From: an uncultured cyanobacterium
Lineage (GTDB): Bacteria > Cyanobacteriota > Cyanobacteriia > Cyanobacteriales > Nostocaceae
Assembly: GCA_963740315.1 (NCBI GenBank)
Contig: CAVUDP010000002.1
Span: forward strand, 3,328,001 to 3,392,000
DNA length: 64,000 nucleotides
Direction of reading: 5' to 3'
Made by a program: the position numbers and the translations under genes. Position 1 is the first letter of the stretch. Each line of letters begins with the position of its first letter. Of the stretch, positions 20,308 through 29,412 are shown piece after piece. The notes below the pieces were generated by a model, which was not told where the DNA came from, searched no databases, and saw only the letters and a list, made by a program, of their open reading frames with translations.

Positions 20308-20946
20308 GCAACCGAACTACCATTAATCACTATTTACTTGTAATGACCAGTTTTATCTGTAATTATTCGTATAAAAATTCAGCGATAAAGTGCAGTCAGG
20401 AGTTAAGGTATGCGGTTCTTAAGTACTTCTCATACTTAATTAATTTCTTTTCTGAAGGGAAAATACATCTTCACAATTTCCTCATAATTAGGAAACTGTT
20501 TTTTAGATAAGAAAAGATAAATTATACATTATCTTAGCAAGAAAATAGTTATTAATTATACTTCTAGTTTTAGGAGAGCATTAATTTAAATGCCCAATAT
20601 TACCGATAATTTTCGTTGGTAGCCTCATTTACATTTACCCTCATTAAAACTTAATCGCTTTATTAAAAGGAATGAATTTATTAGTTTCAAACCACGATTC
20701 GCTATTTTCCACATCATACCGTCGAGCAAATATCAATGCTCTAATACAGATAACTATAGATATAGCAAGGAGTTTAGCAAAAAATGAAAGGTCGTGCGAA
20801 TTGTCCCATGCCTTACACAGACGACGGAGAAATAACTGGTTAGTAGTTCGCAATCAAGACTATAAACCGAAATCGCTCTCGTTTCTTTGGTCTGAGCAAG
20901 TCACTGTTATCTTACCTCGATGGAGGCTACCTTATCCGAGCAACCC

Positions 20947-21294
20947 TTAACAGCGTTTTACAAGAGTTTTACCGCTATTACAAGCTTCAATAGGTGGAAG
21001 CTTAATGATATCCGCAAGTTCCTGTAGCTGGTTTACCGCTTCCGCGCCTTCCAACTTCATTAACTCGCGATCGTCACGCATCTCAGTCCAAGTAATGCCG
21101 TAATCGGACACTAAAAACCGAATCAGGTGATTTTCTCCCAAGCTAACCATAAACGAAGCACTGTTCATTTGGTCGCCGCAAGTATAGCAAGACGCGGGGT
21201 ATCCACGTCTCTCCAAAACTATCGCCAAGGCTTGTAAGTTCATTACTAAGTCTTGAACGAATTGCCGGTGTTGCTGCGCTAATCTTAGAAACAC
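20947..21294 (-). CDS. DUF1815 family protein
   Basis: MFLRLAQQHRQFVQDLVMNLQALA...ASCYTC...IRFLVSDYGITWTE recognised as a conserved cyanobacterial family. Confidence 0.85.
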   Translation of the reverse strand: MFLRLAQQHRQFVQDLVMNLQALAIVLERRGYPASCYTCGDQMNSASFMVSLGENHLIRFLVSDYGITWTEMRDDRELMKLEGAEAVNQLQELADIIKLPPIEACNSGKTLVKRC

Positions 21295-22208
21295 TTTTAT
21301 CCTCCAAACACCACAATTATTTTAGTCTCTTTTATATTTTTTTTAGATTTTCCCAACAAAGGGTATTGTAAACTAAACATTACAATTATCCACAAGTGAA
21401 AAATTCTGAAAAATTACTACCTTGAAAATGGTAGTTCATGTAAACAACTCGTGCCGTATCATAATATTCACTTTAGGATTAAAAATTCCCGACACGATTG
21501 GTTAAATTTTACTTCGCATTTATATCATCGAGGTCAGGGTAGATACTGACAATATAAATCCGCTATCACATTAACTCATATTTAGTAGAAGTCAACTGCC
21601 AAAAATTCACAAATAGTATCCTTATCGGCTATTAACTCTTAAAAAAGCTAGAGTTGATTCTTTTATTGGCATTTTACTCCGTTTCATTGCTGAAGAGGCT
21701 ACAGTAAATCTATGTATTTTTAACCTTAATAGACAATTTACCGTTGTAGGTAAGTAAAATTGGTTAAATTACTGATTTCTTCTTACATGGCTAAATAAAT
21801 TTGCCTCCAAAACAAATTTTAAATTTGACAAAACTTTAATAGCTTGATGTAACTGGTATGCAGGTACATTCAATTATTTCAATGTCAAAACTAAAACTTG
21901 AGCATAGCTAAATAATTGCAACTCGTGCTGCCAATTCGGCAGAATTATACTAAAATCTTTATAAAAATGTATTTTTTGCTACTTTTTGTATAATCCAAAT
22001 TAAATTAAGAGTAGCTTTTAGAAGATTTATAAAGAAATAATACCGTAAAAGAATAATAAATAATATACCAGCATACAGGTTCAAAGAATTAGATACTTAC
22101 GATTTGTTCCCTAATTGAAAGACGGCAACTTAAAACATAATCTAAAATCCAGTCATTAGAAAAAATAATCGTTGCGATTATAATTCCTTATTAATATAAC
22201 TAAAATAT

Positions 22209-22244
22209 AAAATCGTATCGCAAGTAGCTACGATACGATTTTTT
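22209..22244. terminator. intrinsic terminator hairpin downstream of DUF2839 gene
   Basis: AAAATCGTATCG-N10-CGATACGATTTT perfect 12-bp inverted repeat with A/T tracts. Confidence 0.7.
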
Positions 22245-22276
22245 CTTTCATCCAAAAAAATAGCCACTACAAAAGT

Positions 22277-22489
22277 TTAGACTACTTGCCACAAACCGAA
22301 AGCAGGACCGATAAAACGAATCGTTACCCAAATGGCAACCATTAAAAAGATACCTATCCAGGCACCGCGAGTAGTCCAATTGACAAACTGTTCTGATTGT
22401 TTTTTGGTAATCGGAACCCAAGGTAAAATACGAGGAGAATCACCGTAATTTTCTCCTAATGAAGCTTTACGCCGCTTTGCTTCGCCCAT
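22277..22489 (-). CDS. DUF2839 family small membrane protein
   Basis: MGEAKRRK...TTRGAWIGI...WVTIRFIGPAFGLW. Confidence 0.88.
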   Translation of the reverse strand: MGEAKRRKASLGENYGDSPRILPWVPITKKQSEQFVNWTTRGAWIGIFLMVAIWVTIRFIGPAFGLWQVV

Positions 22490-23232
22490 AATTGAAATTG
22501 AAAATACATCGTAGGAAAATACCTATTCCATCTCGATAATAGCGCTTATACAGTCATATTGAAACAAACATTTTATAAAACTTAAGCACTAATAAAATCC
22601 CTGCGATACAAAGGATTTCACTATGGTGTTTCTGCTAGTTTTACATTTATTTATATTTGTTGATAGTTATTTAAATATATTTAAATATATTTAAATATAT
22701 TTACAATTATTAATAGTAGGAACTCATAAATAATAATTAAAAGCTTATAGTTATTACAGGTAAAACTATAATAATCCGGAAAGGAAAGTAATTACAGGTT
22801 GTTTTGCGATTTATGGTGTACGATCGCAAAAAAAAAGACGGTTGCGATCAACAACTTAATGCTAGTAATTAGTACTAGAATGCAGTTTTGCGTAAATCAA
22901 CTTTTAGCCTTTGTTTTAGCTTTTGAATTTATACTATTTTTTTAAGATGAGCGATTATTAGTATAAAGGTTTTTAACCGAAAGCTAAACCAAGCTTAACT
23001 TTTCACTGAATTTAGTATTAACGAGACTTAACATTAAGTAAAAAATGAAACCTTAATCAAAACTGAATATTAAACAACATTTTTCCTTGAAGCGCTAATC
23101 TGATACTAAGAAAAATATTTACAACAACTATTGGAACTATGCTGATTCTATACTATTCATTAAGAATAGTTTTGCATGGTTTTAAAGCCAGTCAGCTAAC
23201 CTCCGCACCTACATCATACGCGCAAATAAAAG

Positions 23233-24903
23233 ATGAAATATAAGGGCTTTCCTATTTCTTTACGCAATAATTTCCGTCTTAACTTAAAATCACCTTTCTC
23301 GATCGCTGCTTTGCTTATAGTTACTAGTAGCTCGACAATGCTACTAAGTGCAGAAGTTGATGCGAATGCAACGGAACAAAGTAACGCTCAAATAATAGCG
23401 CAAAATCCCGTTGCCAGCAGCATAATTCATGTAAATCCACAAACAGGTACAGACGCTGCTGGTGCTGGTACTACAGAAGCTACACCATACAAAACCATTA
23501 CTTTCGCTCTTAACCAAGCACAACCCGGTACAATTATTCAACTTGCACCCGGTACCTACAGCGAAGAAACAGGAGAAAAATTTCCACTTAAAATCAAACC
23601 AGGAGTAACTCTTAGAGGAGATGAAGCTGGTAAAGGGCAAGCAACATTAATTACCGGCAGCGGTAGATATACTAGTCGTACTTTTGCCCGTCAAAATATT
23701 ACTATTCTTGCTCAAAAAGACTCCGTTATTACTGGCGTTACCGTCACAAACCCAGCTTCTCGCGGTACTGGTGTATGGGTAGAATCAACTAATCCGACAA
23801 TTATCAATAATACTTTCACCAACAACTTACGAGAAGGCGTTTTTGTTACGGGTACGGGTAATCCTAAAATCGCCGGTAATATCTTTATTCAAAATAAAGG
23901 TAATGGGATTTCCGTGGCGAAATCTGCTAGCGGGGAGATTCGCGGTAACTTATTTCAAGATACTGGTTTTGGTTTGGCGATCGGTGGAAAATCTACACCT
24001 TTAATAGCTGAAAACCAAATCTTGCAAAATAGAGACGGACTTTTTATCTCTAATTCGGCTAAGCCGATATTGCGTAAAAACGTCATTCAAAACAATACAC
24101 GTGATGGTATTGTAGTCATTTCTGACGCTAATCCCAACCTGGGAACTGCCGAAGAATCTGGCGGTAACTTAATTCGTAATAACGAGCGTTATGACGTTAA
24201 CAACGCCACTCGTAACATACAGCTGCTGGCGATCGGTAACGACATCGACGAAAGCAAAATTGAAGGGCAGGTTGAATTTGTCGCCGCTGCCGTCACTCCA
24301 CCTCCTGGAGGTGCAACAGCTTTTGTTGATGTTGCGCCAAATTACTGGGCGAAAAGCTATATCGAAGCTTTAGCTTCCAAAGGCATAATTGCTGGTTTCC
24401 CCGATGGTAGTTTTAAACCCAACGAACCAGTTACCCGCGCTCAATTTGCCGCTATTATCAATAAAGCTTTTGCCCCACAAGCTCAACAGCAAGCCATTAA
24501 TTTTAGCGATGTCAGCAGCAATTTTTGGGCTTATAGTGCCATTCAGTCAGCTACCAAAAGTCCTTTCCTTGCCGGTTATCCTAATAATACTTTTAGACCG
24601 CAACTGGAAATTCCTAGAGTACAAGTTTTAGTTTCCTTAGCTAACGGTTTGGGCTTAACTACAAACAATCCAAATGTTCTTTCTGTTTACAGCGATGCTT
24701 CCCAAATCCCCAATTGGGCTTCGTCGCCAGTTGCAGCAGCAACCGCAACACAGCTTGTAGTTAACTACCCAACTGCTACACAATTAAATCCCAGTCGCGA
24801 AGCAACCAGAGCAGAAGTTGCGGCATTTGTTTATCAAGCATTAGTCAACGCCGGAAAAGCTCAGGCAATTCCTTCACCTTATGTAGTAACAGTTCAGCAA
24901 TAG
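23233..24903 (+). CDS. DUF1565 / beta-helix protein with three C-terminal SLH domains
   Basis: Signal peptide; HVNPQTGTD...PYKTITFAL...PGTYSEETGEKFP; pectin-lyase-like repeats; SLH motifs (GFPDGSFKPNEPVTRAQFA, ATRAEVAA). Confidence 0.9.
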   Translation: MKYKGFPISLRNNFRLNLKSPFSIAALLIVTSSSTMLLSAEVDANATEQSNAQIIAQNPVASSIIHVNPQTGTDAAGAGTTEATPYKTITFALNQAQPGTIIQLAPGTYSEETGEKFPLKIKPGVTLRGDEAGKGQATLITGSGRYTSRTFARQNITILAQKDSVITGVTVTNPASRGTGVWVESTNPTIINNTFTNNLREGVFVTGTGNPKIAGNIFIQNKGNGISVAKSASGEIRGNLFQDTGFGLAIGGKSTPLIAENQILQNRDGLFISNSAKPILRKNVIQNNTRDGIVVISDANPNLGTAEESGGNLIRNNERYDVNNATRNIQLLAIGNDIDESKIEGQVEFVAAAVTPPPGGATAFVDVAPNYWAKSYIEALASKGIIAGFPDGSFKPNEPVTRAQFAAIINKAFAPQAQQQAINFSDVSSNFWAYSAIQSATKSPFLAGYPNNTFRPQLEIPRVQVLVSLANGLGLTTNNPNVLSVYSDASQIPNWASSPVAAATATQLVVNYPTATQLNPSREATRAEVAAFVYQALVNAGKAQAIPSPYVVTVQQ

Positions 24904-24954
24904 AATCTTGTACCGCATTCGAGCTTATTGCTTTTTATCTAATTAAAAATTAAC

Positions 24955-24995
24955 AGCGCCAAGACTAATTTTTATAGTCTGGCGCTTCATTTTTT
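24955..24995 (+). terminator. intrinsic terminator after SLH gene
   Basis: AGCGCC(A)AGACTA...TAGTCTGGCGCT hairpin followed by a T-rich tract. Confidence 0.6.
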
Positions 24996-25131
24996 ATTAG
25001 TTTTATCTTTCAAGCACATTTGAAAACCCTTACTAATCATAGTTTGAGGTTTTAATCAAAATGTGTGAATTTTATTTTTCGGAAACCGATTTAATACCTT
25101 TAACATGCAAACCTTTAACCTCGATCGAACA

Positions 25132-25416
25132 TTAATTTTTTTCCCGACTGTCTTCCCAACGCCAGAGAAAAACCATTAAAGCGACTACTCCTAATTGAAG
25201 CGCCAAAGATGGTAAACCCACCTCAAGGGAGGTTTTATGGGCTAGCAGTTGTAAAACAAAAATAAATGCCCCGATTAAGCCAGAAGCAGTAAAACTTAGA
25301 TAAATAAACTTTCGGAATCCCCGATAAGGAGCGGCTGCTTCTGCTTTCAGACGAGCATATAGCTCCGGGTTTACTTGGCGTTTATTAGTGCTATTTTTGG
25401 AATTTGGTTGTACCAT
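25132..25416 (-). CDS. DUF3493 (LPA1-like) small membrane protein
   Basis: RLKAEAAAPYRGFRKFIYLSFTASGLIG motif, two TM helices; ATG 25416 (MVQPNS) preferred over the TTG next to the tRNA. Confidence 0.8.
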   Translation of the reverse strand: MVQPNSKNSTNKRQVNPELYARLKAEAAAPYRGFRKFIYLSFTASGLIGAFIFVLQLLAHKTSLEVGLPSLALQLGVVALMVFLWRWEDSREKN

Positions 25417-25450
25417 GAAGTTCTTAATGATATAATACAAAACGGTTTAT

Positions 25451-25522
25451 GCCGACGTGGCTCAGTGGTAGAGCAATTGATTCGTAATCAATAGGTCGCG
25501 GGTTCAAATCCCGCCGTCGGCT
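25451..25522 (+). tRNA. trnT: tRNA-Thr (anticodon CGT)
   Basis: Acceptor stem GCCGACG/CGTCGGC, D-arm GCTCAGTGGTAGAGC, anticodon arm ATTGA-TTCGTAA-TCAAT, T-loop GGTTCAAATCC; no encoded CCA. Confidence 0.97.
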
Positions 25523-25558
25523 TTGTTTTTAAATGTTTTTCAAGTTCGTTGAATATTA

Positions 25559-26590
25559 TTAGTTTAGCTGTTTAAGGATGATCCGATTGCGTCCCTCTTG
25601 TTTGGCTTGGTAAAGAGCTTTATCTGCTGCCAAAATTAAATTGGTTGGCGAAGATTCAAAATTGGGAATAATAGTTGCTACCCCTAGACTCAGAGTTACG
25701 TAATTGCTAACGCCAGATTCCGAATGCTCCACTTTTAATTCCCTCACTTCCGATTGCATTGAAGCTGCAACGTGAACTGCCCCAGAGGCATGGGTATGGG
25801 GCATAATTACAGCAAATTCTTCGCCACCGTAACGCGCTACCAAATCTTGATTTTTTTGTGCTGCACGATTTAAAACATCAGCTACTTTTTGCAAGCACAA
25901 ATCTCCTGCTGGATGACCGTATTTATCGTTAAAACGTTTAAAAAAGTCGATATCGCATAAAATCAGCGACAGTGGCTTATCCGAACCAGCTAAATTCATC
26001 CATTGATTATTTATATACTCGTCAAACCGCCGACGATTAGCTAACCCAGTTAAACCATCCATGTTTGCCAGTTGCTGTAAAGCTTGGTTAGAAGCTTCTA
26101 ACTGTTTATATAGTTGCGCTTGTTGCAATAGCCGTCGTACACGTTGGCGTAATACTGCCCAATGAATCGGCTTAGTAACGTAATCGCTAGCCCCCGAACC
26201 GAAAGCACGATCTACAGACTTTGGGTCGTCTAAGCCAGTAATCATCAGTATTGGAGTACGTTCCCATAGATTTGAGATGACGCTAGTGCTTGCATAAGAT
26301 TCAGTATCAAAGTTTTCTAAGGCTCTTGTCAAATTATTTCTAGCGATCTGCATTAATTCATGACAACAGGTAAAACCGTCCATCACCGGCATTAATGCAT
26401 CTAGTAGAACTAAATCCGGTTTTAAAGCAATATATGCATCTAAACATTCTTTACCGTTAGCAACATTTTCTACGCGATATCCTTCATTGTCCATATATTC
26501 ACATAGAAGAGTCCGTATGGCTTTATCGTCATCAGCCACCAAAATCAACGGAGGTTTACTAGGAATAGGAGTTGGGCTTTTGCCTGACAT
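25559..26590 (-). CDS. PleD-like response regulator-diguanylate cyclase (REC-GGDEF)
   Basis: LVADDD, LLDALMPVMDG, DYVTKP receiver; DGLTGLANRR, DIDFFK, RYGGEEF, ADKALYQAK; start revised to MSGKSP. Confidence 0.92.
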   Translation of the reverse strand: MSGKSPTPIPSKPPLILVADDDKAIRTLLCEYMDNEGYRVENVANGKECLDAYIALKPDLVLLDALMPVMDGFTCCHELMQIARNNLTRALENFDTESYASTSVISNLWERTPILMITGLDDPKSVDRAFGSGASDYVTKPIHWAVLRQRVRRLLQQAQLYKQLEASNQALQQLANMDGLTGLANRRRFDEYINNQWMNLAGSDKPLSLILCDIDFFKRFNDKYGHPAGDLCLQKVADVLNRAAQKNQDLVARYGGEEFAVIMPHTHASGAVHVAASMQSEVRELKVEHSESGVSNYVTLSLGVATIIPNFESSPTNLILAADKALYQAKQEGRNRIILKQLN

Positions 26591-26932
26591 GAGTTGCGTT
26601 TCACAGAATATTAAAGTGGTAAAGCTAAAAGTAAATCCTCGATCCATTAAAGATAATTGGATAACTATAGTTAGCTTACTTCCAGACTTTTCGCAGTATT
26701 TTTTGTAGTTAGTTACTGCACCTACTGCCGTACATACCATCTCAAAAAGCCTTTTTCATCCGCGATTATCATGATTAGTTAAAGCTAAATGACAATAGGA
26801 TGAACGAAAATTGTACTGTCTACAATATTGCCCGCAAACAATTTTCAAAACTTGTTTTAAAAAGGAAAGCAGTGTTAAGTGGTTTTTATTTTATTAGTAA
26901 TTTAATTACAAAATAGCAATCTTAAAGGGATT

Positions 26933-27091
26933 TTAAGGTGGAAAAGAAGTGAAGGCTGCATCAATGTTTTGCCGTGGTACAGTTTTTGTCCAAGGTAAAG
27001 CTGTACTTTGATTGCCAATCGTCTGCTGAAGTTTAGCGGTCTGTTTGGCTGCTACAATTAAAGGTTGTGGTAGATGACTTAATTTCTTCAT
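26933..27091 (-). CDS. putative 52-aa small protein upstream of the diguanylate cyclase
   Basis: Manual translation MKKLSHLPQPLIVAAKQTAKLQQTIGNQSTALPWTKTVPRQNIDAAFTSFPP*; GC-richer than its flanks. Confidence 0.35.
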   Translation of the reverse strand: MKKLSHLPQPLIVAAKQTAKLQQTIGNQSTALPWTKTVPRQNIDAAFTSFPP

Positions 27092-27471
27092 ATCTATCTA
27101 ATCTGTTTATAACCCCGTTAACGATACAAGCATTTGTTCCAGTAACTTTGTGGAAATCAAATCTTACTATTTATAGTTCCCAGATATTCACTTGCAATTA
27201 CAATTTTGTGCAAAAATTAAAATCTATAACTTAATTCAAGAACAAAGAAAATATTTTTTATGTAAAAATGCTTAATTAATTCATAGGTTAAAGTCATTTA
27301 AAATACTTTTGATATCGACAATGGCTACAATGTAGTTGGAAAATAAAGTTTACCAAGTCCGCCTTAATAGAAGGCTTTTAGGCAGCTAGAATAGCAAGCA
27401 GGAATGCTACAACACACAATCATAATACTACGATTCTGGAATATTCCTTTTGTTGTATAAATTTAAACCAA

Positions 27472-27729
27472 ATGCCAGATTCATTAATGTATCAAGAAGA
27501 TAATTATGTCGTCTTGGAAACTAACCAACCGGAAAAGTTTCTTACTTCCTCAGAGTTGTTAGAAAAGCTTAAAGAGACTTTGCAACAACTCAAGGAAGAA
27601 TTACCACACGATGTAAAAAAAATTGATTCCCTTCAAGCTCAAGCAGAATACTTACTTGACACCAGTTGCGAATTGGATATTGGTCCGGGACAATACTTAC
27701 AGTGGTATGCGGTGCGTCTTGAAAAGTAA
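27472..27729 (+). CDS. crr7: chlororespiratory reduction protein 7 (NDH-1 assembly) family
   Basis: MPDSLMYQEDNYVVLE...LLDTSCELDIGPGQYLQWYAVRLEK. Confidence 0.88.
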   Translation: MPDSLMYQEDNYVVLETNQPEKFLTSSELLEKLKETLQQLKEELPHDVKKIDSLQAQAEYLLDTSCELDIGPGQYLQWYAVRLEK

Positions 27730-27751
27730 CTTCGGTTTTAGGCGCTAATAG

Positions 27752-28312
27752 TTAACTTTTTTCTGTCTCTGTAGTGGTAATTAAAGTCAATTCAATTTTG
27801 TCTTCTCCTGTCTGCGCGATTTTGACATCTACCCCAGGACCGAAAAAACCATTCATTTTCTCTTGCTTTTGCTCCCAAACATCTAAGGGTATTTGTGGGG
27901 AATCAAAATCTAAGATTAAGGCATAATCGCCATCAATCTCAGTTTCCCGCAATGCTGTCACATCGGGTAATTCTTCTTCTAATTGCGCCACACCCAGATG
28001 AGTCAAAGCTTTATCTAAATGAGCATCTATTCCATAACGATATCGAGTAATATCTTCACGGACTTGATTTTGAGTCTGGGTTGCTTTTTCTTTCCGTAGC
28101 GATAAAACAGATTCTGGTGTAGGAGGTATAAACGGTACTGGTTTAAGCTCGTTTGCTTTCAGTGCAAGCCCTCCCAATAGTATGGGAATCCCGTAAAAAA
28201 AACCAATCAAATTAAGCGTAGCATTGTGGGCTGCATAAGCTACAAAGCCTACTATGGTCAAAACTCCACCGATAGTTAAACCCACCGTTCCCAAAGAAAT
28301 TTTACGTAGCAT
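27752..28312 (-). CDS. DUF2854 family protein
   Basis: NLIGFFYGIPILLGGLALKANELKP, DITRYRYG, FFGPGV. Confidence 0.88.
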   Translation of the reverse strand: MLRKISLGTVGLTIGGVLTIVGFVAYAAHNATLNLIGFFYGIPILLGGLALKANELKPVPFIPPTPESVLSLRKEKATQTQNQVREDITRYRYGIDAHLDKALTHLGVAQLEEELPDVTALRETEIDGDYALILDFDSPQIPLDVWEQKQEKMNGFFGPGVDVKIAQTGEDKIELTLITTTETEKS

Positions 28313-28456
28313 ACTCTATTATCGGATTTTAAATTTAACTGTAACGATTGTTTCATTATCGCCGACAATAGGTAATAATTGGATAAAACAAAACACTCCA
28401 GAATCTTTCTTTTGGGTTAAGTTAAAAGTATTATTAGTTAAAAACTGCTACTAACG

Positions 28457-28624
28457 ATGGATATACAGACGATAAAAGAAAGAATTGCTCTAGTTGAAAG
28501 CAAACGCGAACATTTACTGAGTTTGCTCGAACAACCGAACTTAGGAACTCTGAGAATTGATGTCAATCAAGCTTTAGAAGAAATGGATGAATTGCTTGAT
28601 GAATACAAGCGTACCTTCCCTTAA
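28457..28624 (+). CDS. 55-aa coiled-coil hypothetical protein (missed by track)
   Basis: MDIQTIKERIALVESKREHLLSLLEQPNLGTLRIDVNQALEEMDELLDEYKRTFP*; amphipathic pattern, followed by a hairpin. Confidence 0.8.
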   Translation: MDIQTIKERIALVESKREHLLSLLEQPNLGTLRIDVNQALEEMDELLDEYKRTFP

Positions 28625-28721
28625 ATAAAACCCAAGATATTCACAACTAACAAGACGTTTCTACAGTTAGAATCGTCTTGCTTGGAAGGATTAAATAATA
28701 AAAAATCAAAAAATAGAATTT

Positions 28722-28762
28722 TGGGCACTTGCTACAACGAAGCGAAACGCAACACAGTGTCC
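28722..28762. repeat. small dispersed palindromic element GGCACTTGCTACAAC...GCAACACAGTGTCC
   Basis: Shares the TTGCTACAAC...CAAC.CA core with the element at about 3383-3426. Confidence 0.55.
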
Positions 28763-28854
28763 TTAAAATGTCAAAGTTATTGTGCGTCAATATTAAACCT
28801 TAAAAGGTAATACTGACGCAATTGATGCATATCCCATATGTTATTTAGTTTAAA

Positions 28855-29259
28855 TTAAGAGTTTGTTCCAGTTTGTCCCAACCGTTTAATCAAGCTAACT
28901 AGTTCGTTAGTAGGTGCATCTTTCTTGCAAAAAGCATCTACTCTACTCATTGCTTTAGTTTCTTGAAAGTAGTTCTCTTCCACAGAAGAATAAGCAATAA
29001 TTTGAGTATCGGGAGATATATCTTTAATCTTGCACGAAGCGCTCCAGCCATCCATTACTGGCATTTGCAAATCTAGCACAATCACATCGGGAGAGCAGTT
29101 TTCCACCATTTCCACGGCTTCTTTACCGTTGCTAGCCAAACCTACAACTTGAATATTTTCCTGAGAAGAAAAAGCAATTTGAAGGGCTAAACGAGTAAGT
29201 TCGTGGTCGTCAACTACTAAAACCCTTAAGGTTGAAGGCTCACAAGACAACATTAACAT
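28855..29259 (-). CDS. single-domain response regulator (receiver only)
   Basis: VLVVDDHE, IVLDLQMPVMDG, YSS, CKKD; no output domain. Confidence 0.9.
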   Translation of the reverse strand: MLMLSCEPSTLRVLVVDDHELTRLALQIAFSSQENIQVVGLASNGKEAVEMVENCSPDVIVLDLQMPVMDGWSASCKIKDISPDTQIIAYSSVEENYFQETKAMSRVDAFCKKDAPTNELVSLIKRLGQTGTNS

Positions 29260-29412
29260 TTAATAAATACAAAAGAATTTACACTAACCTTTATAGTTTA
29301 TGGGATAAGGTAGGGCAAGTAACTCTATCCTATGGGTGAATAACTTCTATGCATTAATGACAAATATTTAGTATTCTGCTTAAAAATCATTAAAGTTAGC
29401 CAAAATATCAGC

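Noticed and set aside
20644..20950. Overlapping 69-aa and 92-aa ORFs downstream of DUF1815
   Set aside because: No recognisable motifs, mutually antisense; better explained as UTR or non-coding sequence
21365..21386. Palindrome ATTGTAA...TTACAAT upstream of DUF1815 as an NtcA box
   Set aside because: Spacing is GTA-N10-TAC, not N8; it may bind another factor but this is unsupported
25451..25560. tRNA-Thr as an integration site for an island
   Set aside because: No integrase, and no duplicated tRNA 3' end seen in the window
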